A stretch of DNA of 43,456 nt, from NCBI GenBank assembly GCA_002774425.1, contig PEYJ01000022.1, forward strand, positions 1-43,456, given 5' to 3'. Shown here in pieces: positions 6,862 through 15,609 of this stretch (positions within the stretch are counted from its first letter, which is position 1; each line of letters begins with the position of its first letter). The stretch comes from Parcubacteria group bacterium CG08_land_8_20_14_0_20_48_21 (GTDB lineage Bacteria; Patescibacteriota; Patescibacteriia; UBA1544). The notes under the pieces are model-generated. The model did no database searches. It saw only the letters and a program-made list of their open reading frames with translations, and was not told where the DNA came from. The translations under genes were made by a program, and so were the position numbers.

Positions 6862-8924
6862 TCGTACAACCATACCCACGCGCCAAGGGTTTGCACCTGC
6901 GCGCGCGCATACGCGGCGCGGCGGGTGTTTGTGTTGCCGTAGCGCTTTTCCCGCTGGCCACGTATGCAAAAATACCCAATGACCCTCTCTATGCGCAGCA
7001 GTGGTATTTGGAAAAAATAAACGCACCCGCCGCATGGGATGTTTCTACCGGTTCTCGAGATGTGGTAGTTGCGGTTCTGGATACCGGCGTAGCAACGGAT
7101 CACCCAGACTTGCAGCGCGTGCTGTGGGTAAATCAAAAAGAAATTTTAGGCGACGGTATTGATAATGACGGCAATGGCTACCGTGATGATGCCAATGGCT
7201 GGGATTTCATTGACGATGATGCGAGTATTGAGCCGGAATTTGTTCCGGAGTATCTTCCTGAAGCGATGCACCACGGAACATTGGTCGCGGGTATTATTGG
7301 CGCGGAAGGTAATAATTACCATGGCATAACCGGCGTTGCGTGGAACGTGCGTATTATGCCGCTGCGTGTTCTGGATAGCTTTGGCAGGGGTGATAGTATG
7401 CGGGTGCGACAAGCAATTGCCTATGCGGTTGCGCAAGGGGCGGATGTTATTAATATGAGCTTTGTGGGCATTGCGGAGGATCCTCTGCTTGCGGAGGCGA
7501 TTGCCGATGCGTATCACGCGGGGGTTGTCGTAGTGGCGGCGGCGGGCAATGGCGAGGAGGATTCAGCAGATAAGGAAATCGGATTAGATCTTGCTACCTA
7601 CCCGCTGCAGCCTGTTTGCCTTGATGCGTTACTTGGCGACAATGCGGTTGTTGGTGTTGCCGCAACCGACAGACAAGATCGGAGAGCGGTCTTTTCAAAT
7701 TACGGATCATCATGCGTTGATATTGCCGCGCCGGGCATTGATATTATTGGTGCGGAAATGCAAAGGCCTGCGGAGGGTGAGGGTTTTACCGCCTGGTATG
7801 GCGGCTATTGGAATGGCACCTCGGCATCCGCGCCGATTATCTCCGGTGCGGTCGCGCTTGCAAAGAGTTTACGGCCTGAACTATCCGCTACCGCGCTTAT
7901 CGCAGAGCTGCGGGCAACGGCACATCTGCCTTACGGAGATACGGGACTTGGTTCGGGTATTATTGATCTCGCGGCATATCTCAACGCGATACGATCCGCA
8001 ACCACGATTGCTGAACCACCTTCTCCGGCAACGTTTTTTCCCGGCGATAAAAATACGGTAGCGGTTTTTGCGCCGTCACTCGGAGAAATTAAGCAGTTTA
8101 ACGGATCTGCTGTTGGTACAGCACTTTCAACTATTTCAGGATCCTCTCTTGCCTATGCCGATGTTACGCGGGACGGTACACCCGATCTCCTAGTAGGAGC
8201 GCGCAAGGAGCATACGCCAGAGGTATTGTTGCTTAACTGGGACGGATCGGTAGAACGGTCATTTTCCGCGTATGCGGATACTATGCGTGGAGGCGTGCGG
8301 GTTGCGGCGGGTAACGTGAGCGGCAGCGGTAGTTATCAGATTGTTACTGCGCCGCAGGGTGGAGCGGAGCCACTCGTGCGCATATTTTCATCCGGAGGTG
8401 AACTGCTGGGCCAGTTTCTCGCGTACGCGCCGACTTTCCACGGCGGGGTTTCGCTTGCCGTTGGTGACGTGGATGGCGACGGCCGTGACGACATTGTGAC
8501 GGGTGCGGGACCGGGGGGCGGACCGCATGTGCGGATATTTGACGATCATGGAAATCTCAAAGGTCAATTTTTTGCCTACGGATCCAGCTATCATGGCGGT
8601 ATAGCGGTTGGCGTGGGAAAACTCGCCTCGGGAGCATACCGTATTGTTACCGCTCCGCTTCAAGGAAATCCAACCGTGCGCATTTTTGACCCTCAAGGAA
8701 AGCTGGATCGTGACTTTCTCGCGTACGCGCCGACTTTCCACGGCGGGGTTTCGCTTGCCGTTGGTGACGTGGATGGCGACGGCCGTGACGACATTGTGAC
8801 GGGCGCGGGACCGGGGGGCGGACCGCATGTGCGGATTTTTGGGCTGGAGGGTAATCTCAAAGCGCAGTATTTTTCGTTTGCGACATCGTATCGCGCGGGC
8901 ATCGTCGTTGCCGTATTACACTAA
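6858..8924 (+). CDS. Secreted subtilisin-like serine protease (peptidase S8) with a C-terminal FG-GAP/VCBS-type repeat propeller
   Basis: The catalytic triad contexts are VVVAVLDTGV (Asp), HGTLVAGIIGA (His) and GTSASAPIISG (Ser). The N-terminus is hydrophobic and signal-like (GVCVAVALFPLATYA). The C-terminal half has about 6 repeats of ~50 aa containing GDVDGDGRDDIVTGAGPGGGPHVRIF. Confidence 0.9.
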   Translation: MIVQPYPRAKGLHLRARIRGAAGVCVAVALFPLATYAKIPNDPLYAQQWYLEKINAPAAWDVSTGSRDVVVAVLDTGVATDHPDLQRVLWVNQKEILGDGIDNDGNGYRDDANGWDFIDDDASIEPEFVPEYLPEAMHHGTLVAGIIGAEGNNYHGITGVAWNVRIMPLRVLDSFGRGDSMRVRQAIAYAVAQGADVINMSFVGIAEDPLLAEAIADAYHAGVVVVAAAGNGEEDSADKEIGLDLATYPLQPVCLDALLGDNAVVGVAATDRQDRRAVFSNYGSSCVDIAAPGIDIIGAEMQRPAEGEGFTAWYGGYWNGTSASAPIISGAVALAKSLRPELSATALIAELRATAHLPYGDTGLGSGIIDLAAYLNAIRSATTIAEPPSPATFFPGDKNTVAVFAPSLGEIKQFNGSAVGTALSTISGSSLAYADVTRDGTPDLLVGARKEHTPEVLLLNWDGSVERSFSAYADTMRGGVRVAAGNVSGSGSYQIVTAPQGGAEPLVRIFSSGGELLGQFLAYAPTFHGGVSLAVGDVDGDGRDDIVTGAGPGGGPHVRIFDDHGNLKGQFFAYGSSYHGGIAVGVGKLASGAYRIVTAPLQGNPTVRIFDPQGKLDRDFLAYAPTFHGGVSLAVGDVDGDGRDDIVTGAGPGGGPHVRIFGLEGNLKAQYFSFATSYRAGIVVAVLH
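8415..8540. repeat. Copy 1 of a near-identical ~126-nt direct repeat inside the FG-GAP region (300-nt period)
   Basis: 8415-8540 matches 8715-8840 with two mismatches that I can see, at 8504/8804 (T vs C) and 8537/8837 (A vs T). Both copies encode FLAYAPTFHGGVSLAVGDVDGDGRDDIVTGAGPGGGPHVRIF. Confidence 0.9.
8715..8840. repeat. Copy 2 of the near-identical ~126-nt direct repeat
   Basis: See copy 1. The offset is exactly 300 nt and is in frame. Confidence 0.9.
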
Positions 8925-8934
8925 CAGCGCCACT

Positions 8935-9435
8935 ATGAAATTCTATGACCGCGCGATCGGGCTTATTGCCTCTCTCTCCCTTATCCGCAAGTATCCGGTA
9001 GCGCGGCAATTCATCAAATTTGGCATCGTAGGAGTAAGTAATTTGCTTGTTGATTTTACGGTGTATATTGCGCTGACCAGGGGTACTGATTTTTTTGATC
9101 GGCATTTTCTCCTGGCAAACGCAAGTGCATTCGGCGTGGCGGTAACGTGGAGCTACACCATAAACCGCAGGTGGACTTTTCGCAATACGCACCGTGCGGT
9201 TTTTCGGCAGTACCTGGCATTTCTGGTTATCAATATTATCGCACTCGGGTTTAACCAACTTTTACTCTACGGCTTTGTCGTGTACCTCGGACTCTATGAT
9301 TTGTTGGCAAAATTTGTAGCGGCGTGTACGGTGATATTTTGGAATTTTTTTGCCAACCGCTACTGGACATTTCAAGCGCATGGCGTACCGCGGCTTACCC
9401 AAGAGGAAAATCCACAACAGCCACTTGTTGAGTAG
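8935..9435 (+). CDS. GtrA-family small membrane protein (putative polyprenyl-phosphate-sugar flippase)
   Basis: The protein begins at ATG 8935 and reads MKFYDRAIGL...QFIKFGIVGVSNLLVDFTVYIALT...WSYTINRRWTFR...NFFANRYWTFQ. It has four TM segments and the two R(R/Y)WTF motifs typical of GtrA-like proteins. Confidence 0.8.
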   Translation: MKFYDRAIGLIASLSLIRKYPVARQFIKFGIVGVSNLLVDFTVYIALTRGTDFFDRHFLLANASAFGVAVTWSYTINRRWTFRNTHRAVFRQYLAFLVINIIALGFNQLLLYGFVVYLGLYDLLAKFVAACTVIFWNFFANRYWTFQAHGVPRLTQEENPQQPLVE

Positions 9436-9464
9436 GGATGTTTCGGGGTATACTATATAGAGCT

Positions 9465-10532
9465 ATGGCAGAAAGTTTCGACAGAAAAGTCATTTTTGAA
9501 AAAAAGAACGCGCTGGTGTTGGGTGGCGCGGGTTTTTTGGGTTCGCACCTGTGCGACGAGTTGGTGAAGACGCGGAAAGTCATTTGCGTAGATAATTTCG
9601 TTTCGGGTTCGGAGGATAATATCCATCACCTGCTCTTAAATCCCGATTTTGAATTTATCAAGCATGACATGAAAGACAAGCTTGACCTGTCGTCCTATCG
9701 GGAGTTGGAAAAATTCCGCGTGCAATTCCAGGGCATTCAGGAAGTGTACAACCTTGCTTGCCCCACAAGTCCAAAGGATTTTGAAAATCGTACAATAGAT
9801 ACGCTTTTGGCAAACTCATTTGCCGTATGCAACGCGCTGGATATCGCGACAGCATATAAAGCGAGTTTTTTACATTTTTCTTCCTCGGTTGTCTATGGAG
9901 GGCGTACGCCATACAAGCTGTATTTTAAGGAAGACAGCTATACACCCATGGATCCGACCACTGATCGCAGCTGCTATGACGAGGGTAAGCGCTTTGCGGA
10001 AACCGCTACCGTCACCTACGGCAAAAAATTCGGTTTTCCGATAAAAATTCTTCGCGTGTTCCGCACCTACGGACCGCGCATGGCGCTGGGTGATGGGCAA
10101 ATGCTCGCGGATTTTGTGGTCAACGCGCTTGAGGGGAAAGATTTGGCACTCTACGGGGATGAAAATTTCCAAACATCCCTGTGCTACGTATCGGACATTA
10201 TTGACGGCGCGGTGAAGTTCATGGAGGCAGGCTCTGTTGGCATCATGAACATTGGTCATCCACAGGATTTTCGTTTATCGGATATTGCGCAGAAGATCAT
10301 TACGTTCACTGATTCGCAATCAAAAATTGTCTACCAGGAACCCCTACCTTTTATGACCCCGCAAGGATTGCCGGATATTACGAAGATTAAAGATGAGCTT
10401 GGCTGGTTGCCGGTGATCACCATTGACCAAGGATTAAAACTGACCATTGACTACGCGCGTGCGACCAAGGATTTGGTACGTATGGGTGGCAAGGGTGATA
10501 AAATGATCAATGGGATGTATAAATTCAGCTAG
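9465..10532 (+). CDS. UDP-glucuronate decarboxylase / UDP-xylose synthase-like short-chain dehydrogenase
   Basis: The protein has LGGAGFLGSHLCDELV, VICVDNFVSGSEDNIHHLLLNPDFEFIKHDM, the YDEGKRFAE catalytic Tyr-x3-Lys context, and PRMALGDGQMLADFV. This is the UXS / ArnA-decarboxylase-domain pattern. An alternative start is at 9438. Confidence 0.8.
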   Translation: MAESFDRKVIFEKKNALVLGGAGFLGSHLCDELVKTRKVICVDNFVSGSEDNIHHLLLNPDFEFIKHDMKDKLDLSSYRELEKFRVQFQGIQEVYNLACPTSPKDFENRTIDTLLANSFAVCNALDIATAYKASFLHFSSSVVYGGRTPYKLYFKEDSYTPMDPTTDRSCYDEGKRFAETATVTYGKKFGFPIKILRVFRTYGPRMALGDGQMLADFVVNALEGKDLALYGDENFQTSLCYVSDIIDGAVKFMEAGSVGIMNIGHPQDFRLSDIAQKIITFTDSQSKIVYQEPLPFMTPQGLPDITKIKDELGWLPVITIDQGLKLTIDYARATKDLVRMGGKGDKMINGMYKFS

Positions 10533-10549
10533 ACTACATAACACAGAGC

Positions 10550-11224
10550 ATGGAACACACTGTTTGGATTATCATTCCGGCGTATCATGAAGCAAAAACG
10601 ATAGGCGCAGTGGTGCGCAGCATAAGGCGGTCCGGGGAATACCGGATCGTTGTTGTAGATGACGGGTCTACCGATGCCACCTCTCGTGTTGCGCTTCGCG
10701 CGGGCGCGCATGTTTTGGTTCATGTCGTCAATAGAGGACAAGGCGCGGCGCTTGCGACCGGAACCGCGTACGCGCTCGCGCACGCTGCGGAGTATCTCGT
10801 GCATTTTGACGCGGACGGGCAACATGCGGCGGAAACCATCAACGTACTCCTCGAGCCTTTGTTTAAGGGAAAAGCAGAGGTGGCGCTTGGGTCGCGGTTT
10901 TTGGATAATTCCACAAATCTCCCGCCGCTCAAAAAATGGCTTATCTTAAAACCCGCCATTCTTTTTACCCGATTGTTTTCCGGTATGAAAGTGACCGATA
11001 CGCATAATGGCTTGCGCGCGTTGACACGGCATGCAGCCGGGCGTATGGTACTCGCGCATGACCGCATGGCACACGCCTCGGAAATTTTAGATGAAATAAG
11101 CGCGAAACACATTTCTTATACGGAGGTGCCGGTTACCGTTACCTATCACACGCGCGGACAGGGTTTTCTGCAGGGATGTGCCATCATAAAAGACCTGTTC
11201 TTGCATAAACTTTTTTATCCTTAA
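10550..11224 (+). CDS. GT2 glycosyltransferase, polyprenyl-phosphate sugar synthase-like (DPM1/GtrB/ArnC-like)
   Basis: The protein has WIIIPAYHEAKTIGAVV, RIVVVDDGSTDAT and FDADGQH motifs. It is a short soluble GT-A protein of 224 aa and sits directly upstream of a DUF2304 partner gene. Confidence 0.75.
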   Translation: MEHTVWIIIPAYHEAKTIGAVVRSIRRSGEYRIVVVDDGSTDATSRVALRAGAHVLVHVVNRGQGAALATGTAYALAHAAEYLVHFDADGQHAAETINVLLEPLFKGKAEVALGSRFLDNSTNLPPLKKWLILKPAILFTRLFSGMKVTDTHNGLRALTRHAAGRMVLAHDRMAHASEILDEISAKHISYTEVPVTVTYHTRGQGFLQGCAIIKDLFLHKLFYP

Positions 11225-11230
11225 ATTTGT

Positions 11231-11599
11231 ATGTTACCCGTTCAAATTTTACTTTTGGCATTCGCTTTCTTTGCGTTGCTGCGCATTGGCATGCAGTTGA
11301 GAAGAAAGGTATGTACGCGTAGTGATGCCTTTGTTTGGACGGTGGTATGGCTGGGTGTTGCGGTAGTGTCGCTTTTGCCGAATGCCGCAACTTGGGTGGC
11401 AAATAGCGTGGGCGTTGGGAGGGGATCCGATCTTGTCCTCTACATCGGAGCGCTTGTGCTCTTCTCTGCCGTATTTCGCGCATTTGCGCGTCTGCATGAG
11501 TTGGAGAAGACGCTTACGGAACTCGTGAGAAAGCAAGCGATTGAGCATCCAAAAATTCCGGATCAGGAAGAAAGGAGTAAAAGTAAGAAAGTGTTATGA
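11231..11599 (+). CDS. DUF2304-family small membrane protein (usual partner of the preceding GT2)
   Basis: The sequence reads ...FVWTVVWLGVAVVSLLPNAATWVANSVGVGRGSDLVLYIGALVLFSAVFRAFARLHELEKTLTELVR. The GxGRGSDL core and the C-terminal coiled tail match my recollection of DUF2304. Its stop overlaps the next ATG (11596). Confidence 0.65.
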   Translation: MLPVQILLLAFAFFALLRIGMQLRRKVCTRSDAFVWTVVWLGVAVVSLLPNAATWVANSVGVGRGSDLVLYIGALVLFSAVFRAFARLHELEKTLTELVRKQAIEHPKIPDQEERSKSKKVL

Positions 11600-12645
11600 A
11601 AATTGCCATACTCATTGTAAGCTACCATGCTAAAAAATATTTACCGGATTTGCTGGAGAGTTTACAAAAATTGGATACGGATGGCTTGGATGTGCAAACG
11701 ATATTTGTTGATAATTCAAGCGATGACACGGCAGAGGTCATTGAGAGGGAGTATCCGCAAAGCATTGTGCTTCGCCAAAAAGAAAATACCGGATTTGCCG
11801 AAGGAAATAATATCGGTATGCGCTATGCGTTGGCACAGCATACGGACGCGGTGGTATTACTTAACCAGGATACGTTCGTGGAGCATCATTGGCTACAGGA
11901 ACTCGTACGCGTTGCGTGGAGCGATGCGCGTATAGGATCGGTGCAGGCGCTGATACGGCTCTACCCTGATAGGGACAAGTTGAATTCAACAGGCAATTTG
12001 TTGCATTTTCTAGGTTTTGGTTTTTGCCGCGATTACAGGGAGTATGTTGAAAAAGCGCGTCAGTATGCGGACGCAAGCGACATTGTCTACGGGTCAGGAG
12101 CGGCGGTGCTCTATAAAGCCGATGTGCTCCGCGCCGTTGGTTTATTTGACAAAGATTTTTTTCTCTACCATGAAGATACCGACCTTGCGCTGCGCGCGCG
12201 TCTTGCTGGATGGAGAAATGTATTGGCACCGAGAGCGGTGGTGTACCATAAGTACGAATTTTCCCGCAGCATTAAAAAATATTACTGGATGGAGCGTAAT
12301 CGCTGGTGGATAATGCTGCTCTTTCTGCGGTGGCGGACGTTGTTTTTACTGCTGCCGACACTGCTCCTCATGGAGTTCGGACAGTTTGGTTTCAGTTTGG
12401 CGCGTGGCTGGTGGAAAGAAAAATTGCAAGTCTATGCATGGCTGCTCAACCCGGCGCACTGGCCGCTCTTGCACGCGAAGCGTCGGTTGCGCCAGGATTT
12501 GCGCATCATTACCGATAAAGAACTTACTCGTGACTGGGTAGGCATCATCAGCTATCAGGAGATCGCCAACCCGATTTTGGACAAAGTGGTCAACCCGGTA
12601 TTTGACGGCTATTGGCATATCGTGCGAAAACTTATGCAATGGTAA
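11596..12645 (+). CDS. GT2 glycosyltransferase (rhamnosyltransferase-like)
   Basis: The protein has IAILIVSYHAKKYL, VDNSSDDT, GFAEGNNIG, LNQDT, GSGAAVLYK and FFLYHEDTDLALRARLAGW motifs, followed by a C-terminal membrane-associated segment. Confidence 0.8.
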   Translation: MKIAILIVSYHAKKYLPDLLESLQKLDTDGLDVQTIFVDNSSDDTAEVIEREYPQSIVLRQKENTGFAEGNNIGMRYALAQHTDAVVLLNQDTFVEHHWLQELVRVAWSDARIGSVQALIRLYPDRDKLNSTGNLLHFLGFGFCRDYREYVEKARQYADASDIVYGSGAAVLYKADVLRAVGLFDKDFFLYHEDTDLALRARLAGWRNVLAPRAVVYHKYEFSRSIKKYYWMERNRWWIMLLFLRWRTLFLLLPTLLLMEFGQFGFSLARGWWKEKLQVYAWLLNPAHWPLLHAKRRLRQDLRIITDKELTRDWVGIISYQEIANPILDKVVNPVFDGYWHIVRKLMQW

Positions 12646-12709
12646 TTCCCGAACCTGCACTGCGTTTGTAAAATAGCGTCTTTCTTGGCACTTCTTACCG
12701 CTTACTCCT

Positions 12710-13840
12710 ATGTATATTGCCCATATCACTCCCGTGTTTCCTCCATATAAAGGCGGTATGGGTATGGTGGCAAAGGAAATGGCGGCGGGACTTGCCAGGC
12801 GCGGGCATACGGTGGATGTGTTGACGCCGGAATACGTGCGCGGACTTCCTGAAGAAGACTATCCCGAAGGCATGCGCGTTACGCGCGTGCGTCCTTTATG
12901 GAAAAGAGGAAACGCGGCGTTTATACCGCAGCTATTCGGTATGTTGGGGAAGTATGATGTTCTGCATGTCCACTATCCATTTTTCGGTGGCGCGGAGGCA
13001 TCATGGCTTTATACAATGACGGACAAGAAAAAACCCTATATCTTAACCTATCACATGGATACGGCGGGGTTTGGCGTGCGGCAGAAACTCTTTAGTTTCT
13101 ATCGCGCGTTCTTACTGCCACAATACCTTTGGAGCTCCCATGCGATTACGGTGAGTTCGTATGACTATGCAAAAAAAAGTTTTGTCGCCGAGATCTTCAA
13201 GAAAAAGCCGGAGAAGTTTTTTGAAATTCCTTTTGGCGTCAATGAGGTGTTTTTTGAAGAGGGGGAAGCACAAAAAGAATCACAACCAACAATTTTATTT
13301 GTCGGGGGTCTGGATACGGCACATTACTTTAAAGGTCTGCAAAATCTCTTGGATGCAGTCGTGAAACTTCGGATACCGAACGCAAAACTCTGGATTGTTG
13401 GGGATGGCGATCTACGGCAACATTATGAAAAACAGGCGGAGGATTTGGGAATTGAGCGCTGGGTGCAATTTTTAGGATCGCTTGCAACACATGATCTGGC
13501 GGCAAGATACCGCAGCGCATGGATAACCGTACTGCCCTCGCTAGATGTCTCCGAAGCGTTTGGCATCGTACTGGCGGAATCACAAGCTTGCGGCACCCCG
13601 GTTATCGCGTCCGATCTGCCCGGGGTGCGTACAGTATTTGTTCCTGGGAAAACAGGGCTCGCCGTGCGTCATGGTAATGTTGATGAGCTTGCAGAACGCA
13701 TCACGCAACTGCTTACCGATAGAGAACTGCGCGAGAACATGGGTAAAGAGGCGCTCGCGCATGCACATACCCGTTTTCATTGGGGAAGTATTGTTAAGGA
13801 TATTGAGTATATCTATCAGCAAGTTCTTAAAAGTTTATAA
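12710..13840 (+). CDS. GT4 (GT-B fold) glycosyltransferase
   Basis: The N-terminus is MYIAHITPVFPPYKGGMG. The EX7E region reads SEAFGIVLAESQACGTPVIASDLPGVRTV. Confidence 0.85.
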   Translation: MYIAHITPVFPPYKGGMGMVAKEMAAGLARRGHTVDVLTPEYVRGLPEEDYPEGMRVTRVRPLWKRGNAAFIPQLFGMLGKYDVLHVHYPFFGGAEASWLYTMTDKKKPYILTYHMDTAGFGVRQKLFSFYRAFLLPQYLWSSHAITVSSYDYAKKSFVAEIFKKKPEKFFEIPFGVNEVFFEEGEAQKESQPTILFVGGLDTAHYFKGLQNLLDAVVKLRIPNAKLWIVGDGDLRQHYEKQAEDLGIERWVQFLGSLATHDLAARYRSAWITVLPSLDVSEAFGIVLAESQACGTPVIASDLPGVRTVFVPGKTGLAVRHGNVDELAERITQLLTDRELRENMGKEALAHAHTRFHWGSIVKDIEYIYQQVLKSL

Positions 13841-13873
13841 CAAGCATCAAAAACTACACGCGCCACTCATTTA

Positions 13874-13898
13874 TGCACCCGCATACATGCGTGGTGCA
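13874..13898 (+). terminator. Hairpin downstream of the GT4 gene (possible terminator)
   Basis: TGCACCCGCAT/ATGCGTGGTGCA forms a stem of about 10 bp with one bulge, followed by the T-rich ATGATTATT. A second 6-bp hairpin, TGCAAT-gatt-ATTGCA (13895-13910), overlaps its 3' arm. Confidence 0.3.
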
Positions 13899-13955
13899 AT
13901 GATTATTGCATGGTTGCGTAAAAATATATGCACGTATCACGGTATGTATACCACA

Positions 13956-13964
13956 TGATATAAT
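13956..13964 (+). promoter_or_regulatory. Extended -10 element TGaTATAAT upstream of the VanZ-like gene
   Basis: TG lies at 13956-13957 and TATAAT at 13959-13964, about 27 nt upstream of ATG 13991. I found no convincing -35 element. Confidence 0.3.
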
Positions 13965-13990
13965 CAACAGGAGCATCTCTCACTCCCTCT

Positions 13991-14380
13991 ATGCCACAAA
14001 ACATCGCGTTAAAAAAAATATTTTGGTGGACAGCACTTACTCTGTGGATGGTGGTGATCTATTATTTTTCTTCGCAGCCGGATTTACAATCGGGACTCAC
14101 TACCTGGATTGACTTGGTTTTGCGGAAAATTGCGCATATGGCTGAATTCGGTGTACTCTGCTATCTTTGGTTCCAAACACTTGGCGTAATCATGCCACTC
14201 ACAACACGACCGAAGATATTTTTTGCGCTACTCTTTTCCGTTCTGTATGCTGCTACCGATGAATGGCATCAGTCATTTGTGGGAGGCCGCCACGGCAGCC
14301 CCGTTGACGTGCTTGTTGATGCCTTTGGAGCGGCGGTACTCACCGGACTTTTATTAAAACAGCACCGCAACGTATCCTGA
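13991..14380 (+). CDS. VanZ-like family membrane protein
   Basis: The protein has LRKIAHMAEFGVLCYLW and ATDEWHQSFVGGRHGSPVDVLVDAFGA motifs and four TM segments. Confidence 0.75.
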   Translation: MPQNIALKKIFWWTALTLWMVVIYYFSSQPDLQSGLTTWIDLVLRKIAHMAEFGVLCYLWFQTLGVIMPLTTRPKIFFALLFSVLYAATDEWHQSFVGGRHGSPVDVLVDAFGAAVLTGLLLKQHRNVS

Positions 14381-14424
14381 TACAGGCGCATCATGAGCAT
14401 ACAAGTATATCGTAACATCGGTTT

Positions 14425-15609
14425 ATGCGTTTTCTCGTCATCACGAATCTTTATGCGCCGTATAGCAAGGGCGGCGCGGAACGTATCGCGCAAACAGTCG
14501 CGGAAGAATTAGTGCAACAGGGTCATACGGTTCGTGTGCTTACCACCAAACCCGCTTTTTCCGGAAAGCGCCATGACACTATCAATGGCGTCGTCGTGGA
14601 ACGGTATTTCCCGCCGAATTTCTGCTGGTATGGCAATCTGGGGAAGCTTCCGGCGTTCCTTCGCATACTTTGGCACCTGAAGGATATGCTCAATCCTTTT
14701 ACGTATATTCGGGTTAAGCGCGCGATACGATATGCTAACCCTGACGCTGTGCTCACCCATAATGTAAAGGGTATCGGCTACACCATTCCACGAGCCATAC
14801 GACAAACCGGTGTGCGGCACATCCACACTGTTCATGATGTGCAGCTTGCCATTCCATCCGGATTACGTATCTACGGAAGCGAGCATTCATGGCAGCAGGA
14901 GATTTTCTTGCGAACCTGGTATGAAACGCTTTGCCGGTGGCTCTTTAGCTCCCCGGATGTTGTACTCTTTCCTTCGCAATTCTTGCAAACTTTCTACACG
15001 GAACGCGGCTTTTTTGCAAAGTCAAAAAAAATAACGCGGCAGAATCCGGTAACACTTACACACCCTGATCCGCGTGAGCGGACATCCGGAGATACTTTGC
15101 ATGTAGTGTATATCGGGCAGATGGAGTTGCATAAAGGCATCGTTTGGTTTGCACGCGTATTTGCCAAATGGTGTGCGCAAAATTCTCCTCGCGCGCGCCT
15201 TTTCATTTTTGGCGCGGGAACGGAATTTGCCGCGCTGAAAAAAAACTATGCCCGGCACGCGCACGTGCAGGTTAGAGGACCCCTTGCGCACGATCGCGTG
15301 CTGACGGAATTACAAAAAGCCGACGTAGTTGTCGTGCCGTCTTTGTGTTATGAAAATACCCCAACGGTTATTTTTGAAGCGCATGCGGCGGGCGTTCCAG
15401 TGATGGCTTCCCGCATCGGCGGCATTCCGGAGATAATGGATGAACGGGCCGGCGACCTGTTCTTCACGCCTCAACATGAACAGGAAGCCATGCTTGCTTT
15501 GGAGCATTTCCTCAAACATCCGCAAATCTATACCGGCTCGGTCGGCGCGCATACGGCCAAGGAGTATGTCCGGAAGCTTATTCCGCTTGTTGCAGATAGT
15601 GTAAAATAG
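14425..15609 (+). CDS. GT4 (GT-B fold) glycosyltransferase
   Basis: The N-terminus is MRFLVITNLYAPYSKGGAERIA. The EX7E-like region reads YENTPTVIFEAHAAGVPVMASRIGGIPE. Confidence 0.8.
   Translation: MRFLVITNLYAPYSKGGAERIAQTVAEELVQQGHTVRVLTTKPAFSGKRHDTINGVVVERYFPPNFCWYGNLGKLPAFLRILWHLKDMLNPFTYIRVKRAIRYANPDAVLTHNVKGIGYTIPRAIRQTGVRHIHTVHDVQLAIPSGLRIYGSEHSWQQEIFLRTWYETLCRWLFSSPDVVLFPSQFLQTFYTERGFFAKSKKITRQNPVTLTHPDPRERTSGDTLHVVYIGQMELHKGIVWFARVFAKWCAQNSPRARLFIFGAGTEFAALKKNYARHAHVQVRGPLAHDRVLTELQKADVVVVPSLCYENTPTVIFEAHAAGVPVMASRIGGIPEIMDERAGDLFFTPQHEQEAMLALEHFLKHPQIYTGSVGAHTAKEYVRKLIPLVADSVK

Noticed and set aside
8415-8840. The near-identical 126-nt repeat pair might be a diversity-generating retroelement template/variable region pair, or a CRISPR-like array.
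   Set aside because: Both copies are in frame inside one protease gene. No reverse transcriptase is present in the window. The two mismatches are T/C and A/T, so they are not adenine-specific. The 300-nt periodicity is simply the two-blade FG-GAP protein repeat.
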